Positions 11,303 to 27,204 of a stretch of DNA of 64,000 nt are shown here, piece after piece (position 1 is the stretch's first letter; every line of letters starts with the position of its first letter). Both the position numbers and the translations under genes were made by a program. Under the pieces are notes generated by a model. That model ran no database searches and was not told the origin of the DNA. It saw nothing but the letters and a program-made list of their open reading frames with translations. Source of the DNA: Chrysomallon squamiferum. Its lineage: Eukaryota > Animalia > Mollusca. The stretch spans positions 6,882,001 to 6,946,000 of the forward strand of contig CM022670.1 in NCBI GenBank assembly GCA_012295275.1, read 5' to 3'.

Positions 11303-13425
11303 ATGGCTTTGGCCGAGAGGAAATACGATCTTGCATTAGTAGCAACGGTAACTGATAAGAAAATCAGACCACAGCCTTGGTAATATGTTTTGTAATTCGT
11401 GTAGTTACTTGAAATAGATGAAGAGGGCACCTGTCGTCTGCTTATAATAATTATATTATTGGATATTCATATTACAGTAACTGATTTAATCATGCATCTT
11501 GCGTAATTTTTTTTTTTTTTAAAGATTAAAATTAAAAATGACACAGTTTTTATTTCATTTATTTGTTTTTTTAATCGATAATAAAGAAAATATGTTATTA
11601 AGTTATTTTTAAAATATTTGTTAAGGCTTTATAATTATTTGGTATTTTTTGTTTATGAGTTAAGATCATTCAAAATGCAGTATTGTCACAAATAAACTGA
11701 GTGGATTATTCAAGTACGTTTAGAAGATTATATATATTTAAAATTTCTGGAAGTAAAAGGAAAGTACCTACTAATTCATTAAAATTAACTAATTAATTGT
11801 GTACATTTATTTTTCAGGTACAAAGAGAGATTGAAAACTAAATACATAAAGTCACTGAAACCATCTGATAGGTCTAAGAATCTAATAGGAAAGAACTGGC
11901 TGTTTGTTAAAGATGGTTTGGATGACTTTCGAGATGGTGTTCCACCAACTGTGGATGGAAATATTCTTATCTCAGTATGTGTGTTTCTTCTGTAATGCAA
12001 TTCTTAACATTTGTTGTCAATATTTATAACTTACTGTAATTCTGGTGACATTTTTATTTTAAAATTAATTTTAAGTAATTGAGAATGTTATATGTTAACT
12101 ACATGATTGCTTGAAGGCTACTATGAATAGACTTTATAAAATATGCTTTAAAATTTATGTTTATAGCTGGATTTCCAAGAAATGATAAATGGATAGTATT
12201 TTGAAACTTTCTAATTATTAAAATGTGCATAAATTGCTCTTTGAAACTATTTCAGATAAAAATCTGATTTTTAAAAAAAATTTCATACTGAAATTTAAAT
12301 TTGTATCATGGACTTTATTTTGAAATAATTTTTTATAAATCAGTTTAAAAGTTAATAATATCTTGCACAAATGCATGTTGAAACTGAACTGTACTTATCT
12401 CACGCACACTTCTTTAGGATTATTTCATATACAGCTTGAAAACAAGATTCTTTTGAAATAGTTCCAACTGACACATAAAAGATTGTTTTTTGGTTTTGTT
12501 TCCTACTAGCTTTGTATCATAAATTATATTGGAAAATTTTATTTTGGCTTGCAGCCAGAAAAAGGTCCAGGACCTACCATCTCAGCTAGTGATTCAAATG
12601 TTTCTCCAGTAAAACAGCCAGCCATGACCCAGCGATTTGACAAAAATCAGATCTGTTACTCTCGAATAACGCCACAGCAACTGGAACGTCGTCAACATAT
12701 CGATGAGATTGAGCATGGTCTGCTGAGACATCCTCTTGCCCTGTATCCACATCTAGAAGAAAGTGTCCCACCAGAGGTAAACATTTTTCACTGCTCTGGC
12801 TACTCATCAATTAGCAATGTTTAGTCTTTTATAAACCTTTTCCCATATATACAAAAGCACACTGCACAAACATTACACACAGTCACCGATTGGAACACAT
12901 TTTTGGTATTTGCCAGGGTTCTGTAAATGTGTAAATCAAAGTAAAAAAATGTATGCTAATTTGAAGAAATGTTAACAATAGCCTGTATGTGCTGTGTCAG
13001 GAGCAGATCTTTTTTTTTTGTCATTATTATTGTTACTACAAGGAATGTGTAACTGGTGACTCTTGATATTAAAACAGGTTCTGGTGTACTTAAACATTAA
13101 TTAAATTTGATTTCAGCTCTTTGAGGACATTGTGGATATCTTAGATCCAGAAATGACACTGGAGTCAAGTGATGAAAGTTCTGAAGAAAGCAGTGATCAT
13201 GCTATTCATGTTGAGGATGAGTCGGAAATGAAGAAGCCAGAGAGACAGGATGAAGTAGCAAAAGAGCAGAAACCTGTACTTGGCTCAGCTCATGCGTCAC
13301 GCCTGAATCTGGATGCAGAGAAGAAAGAGGAAGAGTAGGTGTCATTAGTTATTATTGTGATGTTGTTATTACTATTACTATTACTATTACTATTACTACT
13401 ACTACTACTACTACTATTATTATTA

Positions 13426-13457
<32 letters not shown>

Positions 13458-15427
13458 TTATTATATATGAAAATGATGGTATTTATTGTAGAATATATAA
13501 ATGGAAATTATAATATGTTTATAGTAAGTAAACAGAACTCTTCTGTTTGTTGGTATCAATTATTTACAAGATTCAAGTCAATTTCCCTGTTAAATTCAGA
13601 TTATATGTTATGTAATTTATTGATTTTGTGTTCTACAAACAAGATCTGAAACAAAATTAAGTAATTTGGCAACAATCATCTGTTTTCATCAAAGATGTAT
13701 TGTAAGCCTTAGTTTGATCAATCACAAAGTACAATTATTTATTATTACTATTATTATTTTTTTAATCATTTATTTCATTTGTATTGCTGGTAGTTAAATA
13801 ATGAAGTCATGTCAATCTTTTAATCTGAAGAAAATAAAACCAGAAGATTACAATAGGTGTAGTAAATATGTTATTATGATTGTTTATTTACTTACTGGAT
13901 TTTTTTATTTTGTCATTCAGAGCAGACGAAGAGCCAATAAGAAATATGTATCGCTGGTTACCAAGGAAAGAAGAAAAGAAAGAAAAGAAGAAAACCAGTG
14001 AGAAAAGATCTCAGTCACCATCACAGGTTACCATACATAGAGATATTAACAGACTTTCAATTAGTTTACTTGCTATTTTTATGTCATTTGTTTTAAATAT
14101 TTTGTTTTATTTATGTTTATTTGTTTTTCTTTTCTTTTTTCAGTATGTCAAAGTAAGCTTATATCTATTATATATAGTCAGAAGAGAATAACTAGGAAGT
14201 GATTACAAATAATAACAATCTAAAACTAATTTCCTAGCAAAAAACCCCCTAAATCTATGAAGTAAATAAAAAAGCAACAAGTGTTTATGATTTCAGTGGA
14301 CAAAATAACAACAGCTTGTTGCATATTTGGACCAAAATAACAACCAATTTTATCAAGATTTTGAAGTGGATTGTAAGATTTAGAACTGACTAGACTTTCT
14401 GTATGCATACATACAGATATATGATTATATATAATAAGTTTGCCAACAGTTAAAGGTGTTGTTCATTCCATAGCTATGATCTAATGTTTATTAACAAATT
14501 TAGATATCAGAAAATCATATATGTTCACCTTGGATATAAAGAAAATATTTAAGTTTGTATTCTCATTTGCGTGAACTACACAAATTACAGGTGAGAAAAC
14601 GTACTTTCAGAATGGTAGTAATCTGAAGATGAAAATCTGACATGTTTATTATGTCAGATGTGTTAAACAGATTATTGTTGAACAAATATATTTAATATAT
14701 ATACATGATACATGATACTTTTTCCTTTTTTTCTATTTTCAAAACATAATTCTATCAATTAGAATAAAACCTTACCTTGGCAGTTACATTTTACAATAAA
14801 ATTTCTGTTTTAAAATACGCTACTCTGGATATAATATATTTATGATATTATAAATTTTACGTCAATTTTTTATTACAAGACTTTTTTAATTCAAGAATTT
14901 TATTACTCACTTTATTGTGGTTTGATGCAATATGTGCAAATTATTTATCGTAAATTATTATAAAAGTTAAAATGTAAATTTGAGATAATTAAGGACGTAA
15001 ACGTACCTCTGTTTTATCAGTTTCTTCTAAATGACCAGGGACCATTAATATGAAGCGAATACGTTTTAATAATTTGAATTTTTTTCCGAACGAAAAGGAG
15101 AATTTTTACAAAATTTGTGATGTACGTCGTCCATCTTTTCAATGCCTTCGTGACGTCAAACAGTTTACATAAATATTGTCGGCAGTCAGTCTCAAGTACG
15201 CTAACATTGTAAATCGAATAATTGGCTAGCATTAAGAACTAAGTAGATGATTAGATCCGTAATATATTATAATAAGTAAGTGCGAGAATAGGTACATTGC
15301 ATAACATTTATTTTCATTTTAATTTCTGTTACAAATGTTCGTCACAATATTTATTAATTAACGAGTTAGTAAATCAAATTAGCGATCGTCAGGTTTGTAA
15401 TAGGCGCGGTATTCTTGGTTCTAAACA

Positions 15428-15478
<51 letters not shown>

Positions 15479-16366
15479 TCTTTTGCAATAAAGTGGTTTT
15501 ATTGTTGCAAATGTCGCGAAACTGAAATTTCAAAATCAACATTAACGTTCGTACTCAAATCGTTAAATAAAAAAAGCGTATCTTAATTTTAATAGATGAA
15601 TAGAGTACTTTTTGATTTGTATAATTTTAAATAATTATATAATAACAGTTTGTATTAAAAACTATTTTAAAATCAGGAGAAGCACATTGAAAATGTCACA
15701 AAAGAATTCTGCGAGTGGGTTGCCGACCTAGGAGGAGAGAGTAACAATATAGAGGAGTCGACAATCACTAGTCTGTTTGCCAGCGGTTACGAAACGAAGC
15801 CTGCCCTCTCTGTTCCCATCCACGTCGTTGAACTCACCAACGTTCCCCAAGAACTCCGCATGTCAGCTACAGCACCACAGCAACAGCCTGAAACCAGCAA
15901 GAAAGAGCAGAAACATTGCCAGAAAAAAAAGCGATGGGTTTGTTCAATTTATTTTTTAAAATATTTGTTTTCTTCACATTGTTTTTGCTTTCTGTTTTAT
16001 TTATTTATTTAATTTTTAAATTTTATTTTAATTTTAATTGTTTTTCTTCATATAATAGATATTTATAGTCTGTAGTTTTGAGGATAAAAATAGTTACATT
16101 TTGTAGTAAATTAATATTACTGTTTTATTTTTGTTTTATGTGATAATATAGTTTTGAATTAGCTTTTAACTAAGACATATAATAATTTCGAAATGTAACA
16201 ATAACAGTTTGATTTAAACATTTTTAAATAGCAAAACAAAGTTCATATTAAAATTCATCATCATTTTAAAATATTTTGAAATTTAACAAATTTAAGAGAT
16301 CCATCAAGTATGCGTTACCTAAATGTTTTCTATGATTAATAAAGAGTTAATTCCCTTTAGTGAATT

Positions 16367-16407
<41 letters not shown>

Positions 16408-16943
16408 TACTAATTATAAACATAAATAATATTTACAATCAATTTCTCTTATTTCTCGTAGTTTTCATGTCAAGTTAATAATGTAGACAATATACAAAAT
16501 TTTAAGATAGTTTTCATCTTAGGTAGATCAAGTGATGATGTCAGCCCAGGAAAAAACATTTTTATACGTATGTTTGTTTTCAGTTGTGTTTTTTTTGTTT
16601 TGTATTTTTAGAGCACAGTTCCACACATTTTAAAAAATAATAATAATAATTAACACAGCACAGTATTTCGTATAAAACTTTACTTTTCAATTAAAAAAAG
16701 TTAGAGAGAAAAAAGAATGATCTATACTTGATCAGTACATGATGGTTCTAAAGCAAAGGTGTTGGGACAGTAATTGCACAATAACACTTATTAATCATTA
16801 ATGTGATACATTTTTCAGGTATTTTTTATGAATGAATGGGTAACAATAGTATTATATTATATTAAATATATATATGTCATTTATATTTGTTTTGTTCTGT
16901 TCTTTTATTTTTGTTGTTGGTTTATCATATTTTGTTGTTGTTG

Positions 16944-17009
<66 letters not shown>

Positions 17010-19353
17010 GTTTATATACCGAGACCGTGCTTGTCTAAGATGTAAAATACCTGTTTATAATTAACTTTGTTCACTATATATATACATATATATTATATAT
17101 TTAACCAAAAACAAAATCTTAATTTTTTTTTTTTTTTTTAATGATACTTCTTAGTCTGAAGAGACAATAACCAAACTAAACTATTTTCTGCACATATTTT
17201 TACAATTTTAGTGATTTTTGGAAAACAAAAAAACTAATCTATTTCTAATAACAGAAAATATTTGTTTATATTTTAACACTAAATTAAAAAGTGAAACATT
17301 TAAATAAAATATATTAGCCATATTTGGAGAAAGAGTGGTGGTCAGTAATACATCTCAAGTAATATATTTTAGTAAAACCATTTATTATTCTTCAAGTTAT
17401 TATACCACTGTAATTAGCTGTAATATTTCTGTAGTAATTATGTATCATGAGTTTCATACTTTTAATTTTACAGTATCATCTTTATTCCTCAGAATATTTC
17501 CAATAGTTTCTTATTAATATGTAATTTATTTTTAATTCCATAAGTTAAAAATTCATATTACGGCATTGATATCTATAGCTGATCATTTTATTCAGTATTT
17601 TGGTATCAAAACTGTGAAATAGACCATTTTTCATTGGGAATATTGTGGCGGTTATGGGCTAGGTAAATTGAACCATTTATGTAAATGAAATGCTTAACTT
17701 CATTCTACAGGCAGGACTTTTTTGGTCATTATGGAATGGGTAAAATTTTTAATTCAGCATCTTGATAATTTATTAACATATTGTATAGGCATATTTTGGT
17801 AATTATAGTGTGTCTAAACTATTTAATTATGTATCCAATGCAGGAATATTCTGGTAAATATGAACCAAGCTGGGTGAAATTCAAATATGGTGCCTGGTAC
17901 CTGAAACCAAAATTATGGCAGAAAAGAGATTATGATGTGCCACTGGTTGATCCAAAAGAACTGAAAAATCAGGAGATGTCCGAGACAAAGAAACGGAGTC
18001 ACAACTTGGTATTCATTACATTAAATATTCACTTAGTTTCAAAAAGTACTTTTATCAAATTTTACATTTTATATATTTGTGATTTACCTTCTTCTGCTTA
18101 AGATATTTGTAGTGATCATTGTAAATCTGAGTAAAAATCTTTGAATGAGACTGTTTTGTTTATTTCAAGAAAATTATAATCAGATCAGACAATAATATAA
18201 GAATGCCACAGTGATTTGTAGATGCTTTTTACCTTTTTGTTTCATGTATTGGGATGGAACAAAAGTTCATAGCATTTTTCAGTAGGTGGTGTTTCAGCAT
18301 GTGATTTCATTTCATGTATTATTGAAATATAAAAAAGACATACATGTTCTGAAAAGTGAACAAAATGGCACATATGTGGTCGGATAAATAACTAAATATT
18401 GTGTATGAATTTCACTTAATTAATGAACTTTTGTTCCATTCTAATATTTATAAGAAAAAGAAAACAGAATGTTTCAAATGAAGATATTTTATGTTTCAGA
18501 ATATAGAGCTTTCACAGATGCATGGCTCAAAGGCATTCATGGAATTTATAGAGAAGAAACAGACTCGAAAACCTGAAGTAAGAATTTTCACAGAACTGTT
18601 AATCACAGTTTTCTGTTTAAAATATATTTTTATAGTTTTGAAATTTAGCTTCCACATCTTTTGTTCTGTATCCATTTGAAATGACAAAGCTGTATGCTAT
18701 TGGATTGAGCATTACTCATGATGTCATTTTACATTCACCAATACAGACAGGACTTAGCTTATCACAGCTTACTGTCATCACTTCCAAATACCAAGATCAC
18801 CAACTCTGCATTTTTGAGAAGTATTTGTTAAAATAAGGGTGACAATTTTGAATTCTTTATAAAAAACAGCCCCAGGTGATGGCCAGATTATCTCCTCCTG
18901 TGTTTGAAAAATTCATTAGTGTTTCTTAATTAGATAAAGACCAATCAGTTTATATAAAACATAAATCAATAAATCATTAGATCATTATTGTTTTTTTACT
19001 TCCTAAAAAATTTAAAAGAATATAAAGAGTTTTTGGACAGCTTTGTGTATTAAATTTAGCTTCAATATTTAAAAATGAAAATATATTTAATATTAAATTT
19101 AATTATCCATTTTTAAAATGTTTAAAGTGATAGTTGAGTTATTTTTATGTAACTGAAATTTTTTTATTATTATTATTATTGACATTGTTCATTTTTAGCT
19201 TATAATTATATTTTGTTTTAGTTTTTGGAACAAGTCTCTGAGATTCAGAAACAACAGGAAGAAGAGGAACGTTTGAAACTTGAGGCTGAGATGGCTGTGA
19301 AACAGAAACGAACATCTGTCAACCAACCGTCAGCTAAAACGAAATCAAAATAA
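11303..19353 (+). CDS. FAM47E: FAM47 family protein (FAM47E-like), 471 aa, 9 coding exons
   Basis: Exons 11303-11379, 11818-11974, 12555-12776, 13117-13334, 13921-14026, 15677-15937, 17844-18008, 18500-18577, 19222-19353 (1416 nt, all GT-AG, phases consistent). Motifs recognised as FAM47-like: PWYKERL, WLFVKDGLDDFRDG.PP, HPLALYPHLEE, KEFCEWV..LGG, LFASGYETKP, KYGAWYL.P.LW. Confidence 0.88.
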
Positions 19354-22300
19354 AAATCTTTAATAATTATTGTTGTTATGTAAACACACTGCTGTGATAT
19401 TATTATTACTGCTACTATTACTATTATTATTATTGTTATTATTATTATTATTATATTTTATTTTTACAGGGATTTTATTTAGTTTTTTACGTTTTTTTAA
19501 AATTCATGCTCACATTATATTAAATCTTTGTCAGATATTTTAATAGTATTTATAAGCTGTGTATCAACTGTTACAAAGAGCTAAAATATTAATTAGTTTT
19601 GTACTTTAGTAAAACAGTACATTAAATCCTGCAGTTCACTTGAAACGTTTGTTATTTCTATTAAACTTAAAATTGTAAATTTTCGTTTATTTAATTATTA
19701 TAACATTAAATGTTTCTATCCTTCAAATGCTGTTACCAAATGTATGTTCACAATGACATTGCGTGTATTTATCACTAAATTGAAAATGAAATCTTTGATT
19801 AAAAGAAGAAAGAATATTTGCATGGCTTACAGATAAATATTGTATTGTTTTGTAATGTAAATAATGTTTATTTAAAAAAAATCTTTATTTTGATATTGTA
19901 TTTTCTACATGCTATATCTTTTAAGTAAATTCTAATATTTTGTTACAAAAGCATTGTCATAGTCTTTTTCATTTTAACAAAAAATACACATATATAAATG
20001 TATCTAATTCAATTCTGTACATCTATACATTTTATCTTAATATTTATTTATTTATTTATTTAAACATATCTATAATCAATTGTTATCACAAAAAGACTTG
20101 ACAAATAACATTATTTTAAATTTTATTGCTCACATTGAAAACTTTGTTTTATCATATATATATATATATGTACATATACATAAAATTATTTTGGGCATTT
20201 TACAATGCCAGTAAATTAAAGTATAGCTGTTCTGTACATAAAAAAAAAAAAAAAAAATTAAAAAAAAAGAAGAATGTTTTTTAAAAATAAATCTCTATTT
20301 ATATTAATTGTATTATTAAAGATGAACACACACATATATATATTATAAACTTTCACAATGTTGATAAAATTATTTACTAAAGAGAATCTGTGTTGTTGTT
20401 ATTTTGTTGTTTTAGCTGTGTATATGTAAACAAGTGAGAAGATGATATATGGTTCAAACCAGGTTCATCCCACATATTGCTATCATTGGTTAAATATGGT
20501 AATGGACAGAAAACACATTTTCGTTTTATATATCATTTTCGTTTTATTCTTCGGTCCACTGAAAGTACAAAATTACATGATTTATTCATACTGATTCACA
20601 TTTAAATTAGTTTGTGAACAGTGTGTATGTATTATTGTTACATATTGTTTATGAATTGAGCATGACGCTGAGTTATTCATACACAGACACATTTAAAAAG
20701 AGAATAAAAAAAATTATTTAAAAAATACAGAAATAATCGAGGACCGTAAGTAGCAATTATTTGGGTTCCAATCTTTAACCGCATCTCTATTTAAATTTTA
20801 AAATAAAAAGTCATTATCTATATGCGACCACCCTGTGACGTCCTATTATTAACATCAGTCACAAAGACTGGATAGCACATACCACGAGCTTTCACAAAAC
20901 AGAAATGATGCAATGAACTGAGCATCTCGTAGCGGCTAGCGTTAACTGATCCTGAAATCACATATAGACAAACTTACATGCATAGCCAGATGCAACCATA
21001 CAGCAAATATCCTATAATCATAATACTAATGTAATAACAAGGCGATAACAGAATATAATAAATAAATAAATAAAACAGGTGAGATAAAACGAGAGATTTC
21101 CCATGATCTATATTTATAATCTGTTTTTAATACACATTCCGCACAGCGTTTACAGTCAAGGCTAAGGCTAAACGACGGACTGACTACACTTGCAGAATGA
21201 CAATACCGAAGACTATTTTATCTGCACCTGACTCGGTATACCCTTTTCGGATTGATCGTATTAGGACATTCGGGGTAGCTCTAGTACATCACGAAGTAAT
21301 AATCTGTATATTATCTACTTATCATGACTGTGTCGCTCGCTCACAAAACAGTATTCAGTTACTCGCTATTCATACAGTTATAATTTATTTGGAATATTTG
21401 CCGCTCTGTTGCTGTGGGACATTAACGAGCCTTTTCTTTTTTTTTTTTTTTTTTTTCTTTTCTTTTCTTTATTCAAAAAAAAAAAAAAAAAAAAAAATAA
21501 TAATAATAACAACAACAACACGCTATATTGTTTTAAGTGCCGTATATAAACGATTATGCAAACTGAACAATAAGCGTTAATGTGCGTTAATGTGCATTAT
21601 GTATAATTTTATTTATTTATTTAATTATTATTAATATTAATATTATTATTATTATTATTATTATTTTAAATAAATAAATAATTTATATAAACGATGTAAA
21701 CTGAACTCCACTGTTTATTATTCATTTTTGGGGTGTTGGGGGGGGGAGATTATCATTATTTTCACAATGAAAGCAAGATTTCATTCAAGTGGGAAAGTGA
21801 TTACAATTTACTGAAATTAAACGCACATACTTCATTAAATTCACACATCAACAATAAATTATATTACACACTGCCTGAAACGCGTGAATATCGCAATATG
21901 AAAACTGTTCACTGCTACTCGACACTTGAAGCGCCACGTTACTTGTGGAGTAAGTGGTGGAGTCATTTGAACACTACTTTTAATTCGTTCCTGAAACACA
22001 CGGTTTAAAAGGTCATGCACCTCGAATCAAACGCCAAGCATGGCTGTTTGTTGAAAATATTGACTCAAGTAGTACGTTGACCCTTACACTCACCCCGAGG
22101 TATATTTTGAAGTTTTCATATTGTACATAGTAATGTAACAGTGGCGTTAGCTCGTCAGATTGATTTTTTTTTTATTTCTCCATTAAAATATTCTCGCTGT
22201 ATCTTAATTACATTTAGCGAAACAAAGAGTTTATTAAATGATGTGACGGTACAGAAGTGAAAATTAGAAAATAAATTAATAAAGTAAATTTTTTAAAAGT

Positions 22301-24077
22301 AAAGAAACAAAAAGAGATGAGTTTAAGAAGAAGAAAAATAAGACAACAAAAATAAATAATAAAAGGTAATAATAATAATAAATGTAAGAAATGTACTTTC
22401 GTACTGAAGTTCGCATTATTGTAATGGCTGAAATCAAATCAAGGTTAAAAAAGTAATAATTTAAAATAAAAAAAAATCTTTTAATTCAAAATAAAAGTGA
22501 ACTCACGTTTTGGGTACATCAAACCTTTTCTGTGTTATTTATTTTCCAACACTTTTTCTGTATACATGTTTCTGTAAATTACGATTTTTTCTTTCTTGAA
22601 TGCAAGTTAATAGACAGGTGTGTACGTGTTTGGGCGTGTGTCTGTGTGTGTGTCTGTAGTAGAAGGTGTCTATCGAGAACTATATGCTTTTTAAATATTT
22701 CCTCCTGAAAATACTTTATATTTATTTATTTATTTATTTCGTCTTATTTTTATTTTTGGCCGACATTTACTGTTCCACTGTTTTCTTATTCTTTCCCACG
22801 CTTCATTCAGCTGAAAAGTTCTGCCTTATAATTAAAGGAATTTTGTGTTGTGAACTAAAGGTCTGGAAACTAACGTACATTAAATGTATTACACCAATTT
22901 ATTTAGTTACAACAGTTACATGCACTGCAGACAGCTCTTTAATAAACCTTCCCACTGTCGATTGAGCGAAAATTAATGCAGTCGATCAAAACAAGCCATG
23001 CAAGCTTTTAAATTGCGCTTGCCGAAACATACAGTACATTCTCATAAAGAAAAATAACTTACGAATATCGTTTAAAGTGTTAAGAAGTTAAGGACAGTTT
23101 CTGAAAGGAATATAGCTTGTGGACAGTTTCTCTAGATGTAATAAAGCTTTATTTCTTGTGTTCATTAATCACAAAGAGTGGTTTTAGTGTTGGTGTCAAA
23201 GGAACCTCGAATGACGCCACTGGTGGAAATACGTTTGAGCGTGTTACACTTTGATATTGTTTTTATTGTCGGAGTTCAGTTTTCAAATGTCGTCTGCTTG
23301 GCTGATTTGCGGGAAGTTTTTAAGAGGCTAGTCAGATCAAGATTCTGTCTCAGTCTGAATTAAATACAGTTTGGTTTCCAAATTAGAATCAATTGTGTTT
23401 TGCTCTTTCACTTACTAAATTGTGATTTTGATATGAATAGTTTACCTAGGTGCATTCTCCGAACCTATTGACAATAACATTGCTATTGGCAATTTAACGA
23501 ATTCAGTTTGACAAGACAGAGTCAGAAAATAGAGACAAGCATTCAGTCACACAGAGAGATAGCGAGCTAGACATTTGTGTGTGTGTGTGTGTGTGTGTGT
23601 ATAGAGAGAGAGAGAGAGAGAGAGAGAGAATTAAGTACAGTGTATACATGAAGTTGACAGTCGACATATAGATCCATATAAACAAACATTATTTACGAGG
23701 AAAACATAAACACATGTTCAGTCATGTAATAATGAATAACAAAAAAAAAAATGTCAAGAAAAAAAGAAAGAAAAGAAAAAAGAGCGAAAAACAGCTCAGA
23801 GTTTAATAAAATAAAAATCTCGCACTAAATACAGAAATTTTCGTTTGCTGTTTCCACAACAAATGATAAACGTTAAATGCATTTCTTATATTGAAGTAAT
23901 AACGATAAATGAAGGGATATGTGTTGTATACGTACAGAAAACTAGTAAGATATATGTCAAAAACTCCTGCCTACAGAGATGAACAGTCTGTAGACTGGAG
24001 CTTGGTAGGTCGCGTGGTCGAGTTTTCTCGATGCCTTTACTTAAGTGTTTGTTTTTGACGTTCTGTAATCAAATCAT

Positions 24078-24155
24078 TGGAATGTGCTGTCCTGCCTGAA
24101 TAAAAGATTCCTTGCTGTTAATAATGCGAATAGCCCTAAAGAAGCAGCAGCGATT
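24078..24155 (+). mobile_element. Possible degenerate SINE fragment
   Basis: ggaatgtgctgtcctgcctg..aaaagattccttgctgttaat..atagccc resembles a gastropod SINE body as I recall it (not database-checked); a related reverse-oriented fragment (ggatagcacataccac) lies near 20870-20885. Confidence 0.3.
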
Positions 24156-27100
24156 TAAAAAAAAAAAAAAAAATGTTATTATCATCACGTCAGAACAGTG
24201 TAGTTAATACTGAAATGTTTCAGTAAATATTAGGTTACGTTAAAAAAAAATATCTTGTCTAAGAACTTATTGGCATCTACTTGACACATGGAAACTGTCA
24301 TTTTCGTTTTTACGTTTACAGCATTGGAATATAGAAATATAATTTGATTGTCATGTTTTATTATTACGAAATACTTGTATGTAGATACGAATAGAATTCG
24401 GTGAGTCTGAAAAAAAAATACCTGAATAAATAACTGACGTTTTTCACAATAACGAAATAAAAAAATATATAACAAAATACATAAATATAAAAAAGACCCT
24501 TTGAAACACACACACATACACATACACATATACACACTCATACACACACACATTCAACAAAAGACATATAGAAACACAAAACGAAATTAAGAAGCTGCAA
24601 TCACAATATTTTAATTTTTTTGTTATCCATGAGAAATACGAAACACGTAACTGATCAAGCGATTAAGAATTTTATTTATTCCTCTTTTTTTTTTCTTCAG
24701 TATATAATTTTACCTTCAAACTTTTTTACATTCCAAGGTGATCTTTTACACTGCATCTGCGGCCATATTGGAAATAAAAATGGCTGCCGCAGACAGCATT
24801 CCTGTATAACGATTATAATGAGAGTATAAAACATGGCAGACTATTAAATCACTGTTTTGTTCTCACATTTAACAGCACAGAAAATGCACACAGAGGTTAA
24901 GGCTGTAAAAGAAACCAAGAGTTATTCTGGTATCGGTTTATGGGGAAATGTCGAGCCTTAAAATGCAGTTAATTATCTGAGTGGTAAACAGAACACGAGC
25001 TTTTGTTGTTAGTGTCATTAAAAGTACAGATGTAACTAGATACGTTTTGTTTCTTCTCACTGTTTTACTTAAAACGTTTTCTGCTTATAAAGTTTGACCA
25101 TAAAACGTGACAACTGTAGTTAATGGTGACTGCAATTTTTGTGCTATGTGATATTACGTCATATATTATTTTTATTAAAGAAATCTTATTGAACTAAGCA
25201 CAGTGGTCATCTTTACAGTGAAATCGTGTCCACAGAACAGGAAATACACTAAACCAGAGCTGGATAAACTGACTAATCATTGACAATACATGCTCAGATG
25301 AAACTAGAACAAAACAATAAATGAAAATGTAACCAAAGAGAAAACGGAACACGTATATATATATATATTTACAGTATTATTATTCTTTCTATATCGATTT
25401 AACAAACAACAATGGGTCCACCCACATCACTTTCTACAATTGGGAAATATAATTTGAAATTTATATTATACATAAACAACTGACCACAATGTATGTATAT
25501 ATTTATTTAAACTGATGCAATTACAGCTTTCTGTATGAAATTACAATAATGAATTAAATTAGGTGCTGTTAGGTAAAACACCAAAAGTTTGTGTTTATAA
25601 ATCCAAAGCAGTGTGTGAATTAAGACTTTTAAAACAAAAATTATAAAAAAGTAAAACACAAGAAACTGTAATTAAGAAACTCAAAAGAACGTTAATCAGA
25701 TTAAATAACTGGTAAAATATGCTAAATATAACAAGACGTGAAAAGAAACACTTCAAAACAGGAAGTAAACACTAACACAATGAAGTCTCGTTTTAATTTC
25801 GAATTCTGCGAATTCAGTTACGTCAGAACAGTTTTTGGATCCATTTGAACAGTGATGTTGTTTTTGTATTTACATTTGGGCCAGGCCCAGATTAAAACAA
25901 ATACAACAATAACAACAGAAAAAAACACAAAAAACACAAAAAAAAACACCCCCCAAAAACGGAGCAAGACGTTACTGGTTAAAAAGCACTGTCAGTAGAG
26001 GACAAATTAAACTGTTACACAATCGTATTGTTTCATTACAATAATAAACACAATATCTTCAATTTTCTAAAATTTCACTTCAGTTGTCATATTGAACTAA
26101 TCAGTAATAGATCAATAGGATGTCTACACATTTTTCTGAATGTTAGAGTTTCAGTATATCTTGTGTTAGATTTAAAATCGTTTGTGCGATTTTCCACAGT
26201 ATTTCAAAATCCATGACTTAAATAAATACTATGTTGAAGGCAAGATTTTCAGTATCCGTAATTCTAAGAGTAAATTTCATGAAATACATTTTTACCGAAA
26301 TCTCGTCTGTCATAAAGAATGTGTGAAAATGTTCTCAGTATTTATCACTTGCACGTCGAAGAAGACTTGAAGACATTATTGTCACGCGTTTAATATTCTT
26401 TAACACTTCGTTTCAGATAGTTTTCGTTTTCGTTTAACATTATTATAGCCAGAATGATTTTCAGTGCGATTCACTCTTAGAAGTCAGAAACGGACGTTTA
26501 TTTTTCCTTCATCCTTCAGTGTTACTCATCAGTTTTTCCTTCAATTAACAATGCTGATATAGAGTAGTTCGTGATATAACTTGTTTATCAAAGTGTATCA
26601 TTAAAATAAAAACTGGGTTTTTAACATTAAGTAATTATTTTCATTTCTTTCTTAACAATATCTGAATAAACATAAAGTTTTGTAATAAATGTTTAACATT
26701 GGATAGATTGCGAATTTCAAGAAGAGTTTTCACCAAGACGTGTTATTTATGTGATTGATATTCAGTAGTTGATAACTCACTTTAATTGTCTCTCGTATCA
26801 ACTTTCATAGAATACTAACTGAATTGCTCACTTCACAGCTTTCACAAAGAAACAAGTTTTATTGGGAAGATGATTGATGATTTCGATGACGTAAAAGTTA
26901 CTGTTGTTATACAGATAGCAAATTGTTCAGGCGATACATCAAATAATAATTAATAGATTGAGATCACCTTTCTTTTCTCAGTCTGCTTCTCTTTCAGTCA
27001 TTTGAATAAAGACTGTTAATTTACTGGCAAGAAATCTGATATTCATTTGAACAGATATCGAAGGTTTCTGTTTTGTTTGTGAAACTGACGTCAAACTGAA

Positions 27101-27204
27101 GTTACATTTCAGTATTATTTGACTGTAATCACTTAAAGATGAGTTATTTTACGTAGTTTTCTTCGTCAACTGTGAACAGACGGCAAAGTTTATCTCACAC
27201 CAGT

